Source: Octopus bimaculoides
Lineage: Eukaryota
Assembly: GCF_001194135.2 (NCBI RefSeq)
Contig: NC_068982.1
Location: 33,562,728-33,626,727 of the forward strand
Direction: 5' to 3'
Length of the DNA stretch: 64,000 nucleotides
How positions within the stretch are numbered: position 1 is the first letter of the stretch; every line of letters starts with the position of its first letter. The position numbers and the translations under genes are program-made. A model generated the notes under the pieces. That model was not told the origin of the DNA and did no database searches. It was given only the letters and a program-made list of their open reading frames with translations. This document shows, in pieces, positions 54,350 through 64,000 of the stretch.

Positions 54350-55490
54350 CCATCACTTGACAGAACTGTAAGCACACCAGATAAAATGCTTAACAGCATT
54401 TTGTTTCATCTTTATGTTCTGAGTTCAAATCCTGCCAAGATCAGCTTTGCCTTTCGTTCTTTCGGGGTGAATAAATTAAGTATCAGCTGAGCACTGGAAT
54501 CGATATTATTGATTTATCCCTCCCCCAAAATTTCTGGCCATTATTATTATTGTTGTTGCTGTTGAGGCGAGCTGGCCGACTCCTTAGTACCCCACACAAA
54601 ATGCTTAGTGGCATTTTGTTCATCATTATGTCCTTATTTCAAGTTCCACTGAGATCATTTTAGCCCTTCAGGGGTCAATAAATTAAGTACCAGTTGAGCA
54701 CTAGAGTCGATGTAATTGACTTACCCCTACCCCCAAACTGCTGGCCTTGTGCTAAAATTTGAAACCATCATCATCATTTTTATTATTGTTATTAAGACAA
54801 CAAGCCAGTAGAATCGTTAGCACACTGGGAAAACTGCTTAGTGACATTTCATTCGTCTTTACATTCTGAGTTCAAATTCTGCTGAGGTTGACTTTGCCTT
54901 TCATCCTTTTGGGGTCGATGAAATAAGTACCAGTTGAGCACTAGGGTCAATGTAATCGATTTATCCCCTCCCCACAAACTTCAAGCATTGTGCCTTCAAT
55001 AGAAGGGATCATTATTATTATTATTATTATTATTAAGGGGTCAGAAAAATACCTAGTGGTATTAACTCCAGCTCTTTACAGTATGAGTTCAAATCCCACT
55101 GGTGTCAACTTTGCCTTTCAGTACTAACAAAGTAATGAGTTGATGTAATTGGTTAACCCCTCCCCACAAGTTTCAGGCCTTGTGACTATGTCAGAAACAA
55201 TTGTTATTAAGTGACAGTGTAGTGGGAAAACCCGTTAGGACACCAGACAGAATAACTTGCAGTATTTACTTACACAGTTATATGGATCTTATTCAAATTT
55301 CACCAAGGTCAACTTAGCCATTTATCCTTCCACCAAAATAGTACTTGGTGGAGGTGGGGGCCAGTTTAATTAACTACCCCCACCTCCTGTCTAAGGTGGT
55401 AGATTGGCAAAAATCATTAGAGCATGAGACAAAGATGTCCTTCTGGTATTCGTTTCAGTAAAGTTTGAGTTCAAATCTTGCTGTGGCTGT
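54350..55490 (+). mobile_element. Array of about 6 same-orientation SINE family B copies
   Basis: Same unit as the 39 kb array, with (ATT)n or (ATC)n spacers. Confidence 0.85.
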
Positions 55491-55501
55491 GAGCTCTTTA
55501 A

Positions 55502-55720
55502 CCCTTTCGTTACCAACCCGGCTGAAACCGGCTCTGGCTCTGTAGTACAAATGTCTTGTTTTCATAAGTTTTGAATTAAAATCTTCCATCAAACCTAAGT
55601 CCAAATTTAGGTTCCTAACATTAGCTTAATGATAACAGTTATTTTACTAAATTCATTGTTATATTTAAAATAATTAAAAGAAACACAGAGCATCTCAAAA
55701 TAAATACAGTAACGAAAGGG
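55502..55720. mobile_element. piggyBac-type MITE with TTAA target duplication
   Basis: TTAA|ccctttcgttac…gtaacgaaaggg|TTAA, a perfect 12-bp TIR. A truncated relative lies near 31190-31330. Confidence 0.85.
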
Positions 55721-56482
55721 TTAAAATAAAGTACTGATTAAGCTCATGAGATGATTTAATCAAGTAAATTCCTCTTACTCTAAATTGTTGGTGTTGTGCC
55801 TAAGAAATAATTATTTCTTTATGTAATATAAGGTCTCTCTTTCTCTCTTCCCCACTTATCTCTCCTTGTGTTTCTATCACACAATTCTCACTCTTGTTTA
55901 TTAATCTCACCCTCTTTCTCTTCCCCTCTCTCTCACTGACACACACACAAACCCTTCTCTATCTCCATTTCAACTTTCAGTATGGCAGCTTCCATTGTAA
56001 TGTTTTAATTTGCTTTCTTGTTCTTTGAATGAAATAATCTAATCATTCAACAAGTAACTGAATAAAGTGAGTTACAAATAGAACAGCTCTACAACTAATA
56101 TTTTAAGATTTTGTGCTGTTTTAGTTAACATTTATTTAAAGATTTACGGATGTTACAGAGATGGGGGAAAAAAAGAAAAGAAAAGAAAATACAAAAAACC
56201 ACAACTATTTGATAACCTCTTTTCATGGGGTCACTACCAGTGAATAAATAGTGTACCTTACTGATATCACTTAAAGCTGGCTGAATTTTAGATGATAATA
56301 ACTAAAGGCTGAGCACAGCAAGCAATAATAATAGGCACCATATATCAAAATGACTTACAAGCATTAGGTGGGTAAGATACAAGGCCTAATGACTCAAAGG
56401 TCATGGCATTATGACTCCAGACAAGATATATTTACTCTGCTTACTTTAGTGAAAATAAAACTCCTTCACAACCCTCCCCACC

Positions 56483-56569
<87 letters not shown>

Positions 56570-56707
56570 GTTTCTTCTTTTAAGGCATTAAGCCATAAAT
56601 TAATTATTCCAAATGGTCATGTCGAGATTCATAATCAGTTCATTCTCCAAATATACTAGTTAACAGATGTGACAATCTGCTGTTTGATTTTGTTTATATT
56701 ATTTGGC

Positions 56708-56745
<38 letters not shown>

Positions 56746-56954
56746 ACCCACCCACCCTGTGGGTGAAATAAAGCCACACTGTGTTGGAAGCAAGAACACA
56801 CAGCCTTGTAATAGAATTTGGTATATACTGACAGACTCAGCCAAAAATCAAGACACTGTCAAAATTGTTTGGTGGAAGTTAATAAAAGATTTAGTTATAG
56901 TATAAAACAACTAATTTATTGTTAGTAAAGAGATTCTCCCTATTGACAGATTAA

Positions 56955-57153
56955 CCTTTCAGCATTCAGAATTACACTTTCAAATGTAATGCTTATTCAT
57001 TCCCATTGTTTTAAATTAACCATGCTTTATCTCATAGCTTTGAGATTTTAATGGCAGTGTAGGAAAGGTGTGAGAGGCCAGATCTGGTTAGTTTTAACAT
57101 AAAACAGGAAGAGATATTTGGGCTTAGACATGGCCAGTTTAAATGCTAAAGAG
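56955..57153. mobile_element. piggyBac-type MITE, second family, opposite orientation
   Basis: TTAA|cctttcagcatt…aatgctaaagag|TTAA. The interior is the reverse complement of the 61756 copy. Confidence 0.75.
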
Positions 57154-57229
57154 TTAATTTATTATTTGATATTTATGTAATTCTTTTACTGAGAATTTTC
57201 AAATGTAATATATGTATAATATATTATAC

Positions 57230-57580
57230 AAGGTGCAGTCATGGCTGAGTGGTAAGAGCTTGCTTGCCAACCACATGGCTCCAGGTTCAGTTCCACTGCA
57301 TGGCACCTTGGGCAAGTATCTTCAACTACAGCCTTGGGCCAACCAAAATCTTGTGAGTGGATCTGGTAGACAGAAACTGAAAGAAACCTGTCGTGTGTGT
57401 GTTCCCATGTTTGTCCCCCACCACCATTCGACAACTGGCTTGGAGTGTTTACATCCCATAACTTAGCAGTTTGGCAAAAGAGACTGATAGAAGTACCAGG
57501 TTTTAAAATAAAAAAAGACTGAGGTTGATTCATTCAAATAAAAATTCTTTGAGGTGGTGCCCAGCATGGTCGCAGTCTAA
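57230..57580 (+). mobile_element. SINE family A copy
   Basis: Same head, core and tail as the 41655 copy. Confidence 0.85.
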
Positions 57581-59239
57581 TGATAAATAGTAATAATGCA
57601 TTTAGATTACTCATGTTTGAAAACTTTATGCCATTGTTTTACATATTTATTATATAGGTGTGAAAAGTTTGATATTAAATGCCTGTATAGAACACGACTA
57701 GTGAAGACGAAGGACCAACTAAATAATTTGTTGGGCAATTTGAAATTGTTAAATAGACTAAATACAACCAAGTTGTAACTTTAGAATCTGTACCCTAAAT
57801 ATACAAGTAAGAGGAACATAATGTGTAAAATATTGTTGATGCACATTACATATTTCAAAATAACAAAAGGTGACTGATACAATGTAAACTGATGGATAGT
57901 TAAAGATTTATTTCCTAAATTAATTAGATCTTAGAGATTAAATGATGCATAATCAAAATGTACAGAAATATGACTTTTTGTAAGTACATGTAACTCATGC
58001 TAAAGAAACTTAATAAAAAGCTAATGATAAAGGGAATGGCTAATATCCCATATTGGTTTTATATTCATTAATGTAAGAACATGACTAACTCGACCACTAT
58101 GGAAACAAAATTAAAATAGATCACATTGTGAAATAAAAAAAAAAACATTTTGCTTTTTAAAACCAAATTAAAGTATGATTTTAACCAATTAAATTTAAAT
58201 GATAGTTGAAATCATAATAAAAGATAAGGAGTTATAGTAATATGAACATACTGGTTTTATTTAAAAAAAAAAAAAAAAGACTTACATTAGCTAAGGAACT
58301 TTGAAAGTTGTAAATTCATCTACATGTTTTTTGTAATTTTTTACAGAATATATTGTGGCACACCAACTAATGTGAATGTAGAACAGTTGTGGGAGAAGAA
58401 TTTTTGTAATGATACAAGAGACAATCCTAAAATGATGAGAAATGTTACATTTAACAGAACATTGTTCTAGAGACATTAACACTGTTTTTGAGGTGAGTTT
58501 CTCATTTTAGATTCTTAAGGATGGTTCTATTCTAGAAGACTCTTCACTCTACAAAACTGGTGAATATTAAATCAAGAAACAAAGTAAAATTTAATAGAAA
58601 ATCAGAAATGGAATTTTATCTTTTTACAAAAATTAAAAAGCAACAAAGAAAAAAAATGAAATTGCTGCATTAGCAAATTTTATAATTATTCAGCACTTCT
58701 ATAATTCCATATGTGAGAATTTTGACAAGGAAAGCAGATTTGAATCACCATCATTTGAAATCATTAACTCCTTATTTTATGTATTAATTATATATTATGC
58801 CGCAATTCACCAATAATAAATAATTGTTATATTTATTTATAGGAACAAATGCCATATATAAGCTTTTCTTTCTAATTGCCAAGTAAATTCAAATTCAATT
58901 AGGGATAAACAATTAAATAAAAGAATAAACAGTTTATTTTCTTTTGTGTTACTACATGATGATTAAATAAAATATTTTATATGAAGTACACATCACCTTT
59001 CGAGTTTTTCTCAGAAATTGTAAGCATAACAAATAATGAGAAACAGACCAAATAAATGCAAACAATTAATTTTTCTTGATATATACATAATATATAGGCA
59101 CAAGTGTAGCTGTGTGGTAAAAAGTTTACTTCTCAACCACTTGGTCCCTGGTTCAGTCCCACTGCATGGCACCTTGTCTTCTACTATAGGCTCAGAATGA
59201 CCAAAGCCTCGGGAGTGGATTTGGTAGACAGAAACTGAA

Positions 59240-59289
<50 letters not shown>

Positions 59290-59304
59290 ACGCGTATGCA
59301 TGTA

Positions 59305-59709
59305 NNNNNNNNNNNNNNNNNNNNNNNNNNNNNNNNNNNNNNNNNNNNNNNNNNNNNNNNNNNNNNNNNNNNNNNNNNNNNNNNNNNNNNNNNNNNNNNN
59401 NNNNNNNNNNNNNNNNNNNNNNNNNNNNNNNNNNNNNNNNNNNNNNNNNNNNNNNNNNNNNNNNNNNNNNNNNNNNNNNNNNNNNNNNNNNNNNNNNNNN
59501 NNNNNNNNNNNNNNNNNNNNNNNNNNNNNNNNNNNNNNNNNNNNNNNNNNNNNNNNNNNNNNNNNNNNNNNNNNNNNNNNNNNNNNNNNNNNNNNNNNNN
59601 NNNNNNNNNNNNNNNNNNNNNNNNNNNNNNNNNNNNNNNNNNNNNNNNNNNNNNNNNNNNNNNNNNNNNNNNNNNNNNNNNNNNNNNNNNNNNNNNNNNN
59701 NNNNNNNNN
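59305..59709. other. Assembly gap; others at 7605-7614, 21228-21305, 42055-42064, 43529-43706, 47156-47165
   Basis: Runs of N, nearly all flanked by microsatellites. Confidence 0.99.
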
Positions 59710-59749
<40 letters not shown>

Positions 59750-60178
59750 ATCATCATCATTGTTTTAACGTCTACATTTTCATGCTTGCCTGGATCACAT
59801 GGAATTTGTTGAGACAAATTTTCTATGGCTGGATTCCCTTCCTGTCACCAACTCTCACTTGTTTCCATGCAAGATAATATTTCCCCTTGGCCAGACATTT
59901 TTCACAGAAGACTGAAAACATCACTCATAGAATGAATAGTGATGCTCATTTACAACAATCATCACATGGTGTCAAGACAAGAGTACACACACACGCACAC
60001 ATGTACATACACACACACACACACAATGGGCTTCATTCAGTTTCCATCTACCAAAACTACTCACAAAGTTTTGATCAGTCTAGAGCTATAGTAGAAGACA
60101 AGTGCCCAGGGAAGCTCCTCAATCACATGGACACATCTGCCTGACTGTGGATAAAGAAGATATATCTGTTTGCATGCA

Positions 60179-60215
<37 letters not shown>

Positions 60216-60352
60216 GCAAATAAAAAATAAACGAATAAAATGATGGAATTCAGTCCTGTTAAAAGAAGATGTCTTGGGCCATTCATAGAACATTTATTCC
60301 ATAGCAATTACATCATGGAAGAGCAGCCTTAGTCACAAAATCTATTCTATTC

Positions 60353-60497
60353 ACTTTTCATTTATTTTAAGTGTCAAAATTTTTATCACACATTTGTGAC
60401 CTACTCTCTGAAGCAGTTCCATTGACAGCAAAAGTGGAACTGTGTTAGGTCACAAATGCTTGGAAAATTTTGATATCTTACAAAATAAATGAAAAGT
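60353..60497. repeat. Imperfect fold-back palindrome, MITE-like
   Basis: Arms 60353-60403 and 60446-60497 (acttttcatttatttt…catttgtgaccta and its reverse complement) plus an inner cagttcca/tggaactg pair. Confidence 0.8.
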
Positions 60498-60836
60498 AAA
60501 TAAAAGTTTTTTTCGCATATTTTTAGATGGTTACAATGGCTCTTCTACCATATAATTGCTACAGTTTCAACAACTCTATAATATGCGCAGAAGTATATAC
60601 AACATCAACATCATAGCTACCAACTAGAATAACATTACTTTCCTTTCTCAACGGTAGGTGGAGCTCTGCAGCCCTGTAAGAGTACAGAGCTCCGCCTACC
60701 TAGGAGAAGACCACTCTAATGTAAAACCTACAACTTGTTGGTCAATGCTGAACTACTGTGGTCAGACCTCCAAGTCTGAAGAGTAGGATCAGATTGCATA
60801 GACTGACACAACTACCAAGTGCAGGCAGGAATACAA

Positions 60837-61052
60837 GCCCTGCAGTAAACTGGTCTTAATGCCCTGCAGTGAGTAGGTCTTAATGCCCTGCAGTGAGCTG
60901 GTCTTATTGCCTTACAGTGAGCAGGTCTTAATGCTCTGCAGTGAGCTGGTCTTAATACCTTTCAGTGAGCTGGTCTTAATACCTTTCAGTGAGCTGGTCT
61001 TAATACCTTTCAGTGAGCTGGTCTTAATGCCTTGCAGTGAGCTGGTCTTAAT
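60837..61052 (+). repeat. 24-bp minisatellite, 9 copies
   Basis: Unit gccctgcagtgagctggtcttaat and variants. Copies 6-8 are identical (acctttcagtgagctggtcttaat). No spacers. Confidence 0.95.
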
Positions 61053-61755
61053 GATGGACTCAGTTGATAGCTAGATCTATCTAACATATGACAACGACTG
61101 TTCAATATAATTCTAGATGTTAGCAATACTCGAACACTGAGAATGACTTCAAACAGAACAGTTTCAGGAAAATGCAATCTATTCGTTCTAATTTAAGTGA
61201 CACATAATGAAGGTTGATTGGTGCATAGGGTCAACTAGAGTTAAGCATTTTGATTTTTAATTCACATATAATTTTGTATTCAATAAAATGTAGATGAAAG
61301 CTATTCAGCTTTGGCCAAATTCCAAACTAGATAACTGCTATATATCAGCTTCAACAATCAACAACTTTTACTGTTGAAATGTGAAAAACACTTAAGAGAA
61401 AGAGATAGCACAATATATATATTTTAGCAGCCCAGTAGCTACACATCTTCCACAACTCCAGTTTAATTACTGGACATACTTAGAAATACATTTTCTTCAA
61501 AGGGTCTACATTCTTTTCTAAAATTCCAAGCAAATTTCTTTTGCCTTCATGTTCCTTGTACATATAGCTCACAAGTTCAAACAAGTATAAAAATTAACAC
61601 AAGATTCAGTTTTTCATATGATACATGAAACTTGTCCAATTTTAATAAATTTGATTAATGAAATTGGATGATTTGTACACTTTCCCATGTCTCAGGCAAC
61701 AAAATAAAAACAGGTAAGAACTATTCCAAAATTGTACTTCAATATTACTAATTAA

Positions 61756-61974
61756 CCCTTCAGTATTTAAACCAACCATATCTGGTCCAAATATTCTACC
61801 TGTTTTTATGCTCAAACCATCCAAATCCAGCCTTTTCAGACATACCCTTCAATATTCTAAAAATAAACAATCATATCATAGAAATCTCAAAGCTAAGAGA
61901 TAACGCATGATTAATTCAAAATAATGTGAATAAATAATTTCTGCATTTGACAGAATAATCTGAATGCTAAAAGG
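61756..61974. mobile_element. piggyBac-type MITE, second family
   Basis: TTAA|cccttcagtatt…aatgctaaaagg|TTAA. Confidence 0.75.
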
Positions 61975-63639
61975 TTAATACAATACTTTTTACACTATTT
62001 CAGTTTATTAACAGGATTTTGGGGGTGGAGAGAAGGACAGAAGATATATGGTGTATGATTGAGAGGAACCTTCAGGCTTTCCAAAAGTGTAAAAACCTCT
62101 CTGCAATTGGTACCATAGAAAAATTCACCCAGTACACTCTGTAAAGTGGCTGGTATTGAGAAAAGCATCTTGCAATAAAAACCAAGCCCAAATGAATCTT
62201 AAGAGTCAGATGTGATCCCTCAACTCATGCAGGCGAGCAGCAATGACTGATCTAACACTGACAGCATGGAAAATGAACATAAAATGACGATGATGATGGT
62301 GATGATGGTGTTATTTATTCATTATTCTTCTATTAGCTTCAGTCACTAGACTGCAGCCATGCTAGGTATCAACTTAAAAAGGTTTTTAGTTGACCATATC
62401 AACCCCAGTACATATTTCAGCCTGGTACTTACTTTATGGATATAATTTTATCGACTGGCAAAGTTAGCATCTTGAACCAGTTTTTTAACCAGTGAGACTG
62501 CCTCAAACAAAAATGTGAACAGGAACAAAGGCACACGCACATGCGTGTGTGTGTGTACATGACAGATTTCTGCATAGTTTCCATCTACTGAATTTCACTC
62601 ACAATTATATTGATCTACCTGAGGCTATAGAAGACACTTGTCCAAGGTGCTGCACAGTGAAACTGAACTGAAAACCATATGGTAATGAGACAAGCTTCCT
62701 GAATACACAACCATGTCAGTAACTATACAGAGACCCAATTAATATTGGTTCCAAATTTTGGAATAAAACCAGCACTTTTAGGGGAGGGGTAAGTCAATTA
62801 CATTGACCCCAGTGTTCAACTGGTACTTATTTTATTGACCCAAAAGGATGACAGGCAAAGTCAACCTTGGTGGAATTTAAAATCACAATGTAAAGACGGA
62901 TGAAATGCTGCTAAGCATTTTGCCCAACATGCTGACAATTCTGCAAGCTTACTGCCTTGGAGACCCAATTAGTATTCCTTTCTTACAGATAAAGGCTTGA
63001 GATAAGGCATGCTTTTCTCAATGGCATTAAAACATAGGTGATTTGTCTTGAGTTCACAACAAAATCACAAATTTGATTTGCCAGAGGCTTTCTTCTCATG
63101 CTTTATAATCAATCTTATCTAAAATGATAGTTTATTTCTTCCAGCTGAAACAAAAATCCTTAAACCATTAACAAACCTATGTCTTCAGCTTTTCTCTTCC
63201 ATCTTTACTATGTAAATCATTGATTTATTCAACTTACTGCATCCAATTTCCCAACTCTCTCTAGATATATCTTATGTCTATTTCTTAAAGTCCTACATCA
63301 AAATGCAAAAGCAATTTTTTTTAATAGCTTCACTCAAAACTGTGATGATGAATGATGCAATTAATTACCATCCATTTACCAAACTTCAAATACACTATTA
63401 TATCACCAACCTTAACCAAAACACCCTAATCCTCTTCTATAAAAATACCACCAGAATTTCAAAAGAATTGCTCTTTTTTGGAACCAAATATGACATTTGC
63501 ATTGACTTTATTTGTGTTGGAGACTTCAAAACCAAGTCATTGTAACAAATATCATTATGAACCCATGTTGGCCATTTACTTCATCACTGACCCTAGCCTT
63601 TTCTTTTTTATTTTACTTGCTGGAGATAGGCACAGCCAT

Positions 63640-64000
63640 AAGGAGTCATACCCTATGACTGGTGTAGCAGCATCATAGTCAACTGCTACAAAGGTAAAGG
63701 GGACGCTTTAGATACAAATAATTACAGAGGCATCAAGCTGTTAGATCAGGTTATGAAAGTTACAGAGAGGGTCATAGCCCAACTAATTAGGGAGCGAATC
63801 AATTTAGATGAGATGCAGTTTGGGTTCGTGCCAGGTAAAAGCACTACTGATGCCTTATTTCTAGTGAGACAGTTGCAGGAGAAATACCTAGCTAAGGATA
63901 AACCTCTGTACCTGGCTTTCGTTGACATGGAGAAAGCCTTTGACAGGGTCCCCCGATCCCTTATCTGGTGGTCAATGAGGAAACTTGGGATAGAAGAATG
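63640..64000 (+). mobile_element. RTE LINE RT fragment with open frame, running off the window
   Basis: GVIPYDWCSSIIVNCYKGKGDALDTNNYRGIKLLDQVMKVTERVIAQLIRERINLDEMQFGFVPGKSTTDALFLVRQLQEKYLAKDKPLYLAFVDMEKAFDRVPRSLIWWSMRKLGIEE has no stop. Confidence 0.92.

Noticed and set aside
60837-61052. 24-bp repeats as a CRISPR array, and likewise the 10-mer at 30891
   Set aside because: Contiguous units with no unique spacers, no cas genes and a eukaryotic context.

Overview
Eukaryotic, AT-rich, CpG-depleted, microsatellite-dense genomic DNA with 6 assembly gaps. The mix of RTE LINEs, tRNA-derived SINEs and abundant simple repeats suggests an octopus or other coleoid cephalopod (inference). The window appears to lie entirely inside one large minus-strand gene. 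Three coding exons are supported by splice sites and open frames: an ankyrin-repeat exon at 49966-49783 (too short for the ORF track), a 96-nt exon at 27721-27626, and a 2328-nt exon at 24069-21742 encoding an acidic Ser/Thr-rich region with a 14-aa tandem repeat. This layout resembles the N-terminal half of AKAP13/ARHGEF28-type RhoGEFs, but no DH/PH exon is visible, so identity is tentative. Introns contain RTE, BovB-like, HERO and Dong/R4 retrotransposon fragments, mariner and piggyBac-type MITEs, SINE arrays and a cleanly delimited Helitron inside an RTE copy. Best leads: a promoter-motif cluster (E-box, ETS, YY1) carried by that Helitron and facing the gene's direction, a CpG-retaining candidate internal first exon at about 6.7-7.1 kb, a perfect RFX X-box at 53.6 kb, and a decayed type I hammerhead-like fold at 48.56 kb. 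No CRISPR array or prokaryotic system is present, and I cannot claim a clearly new biological system.
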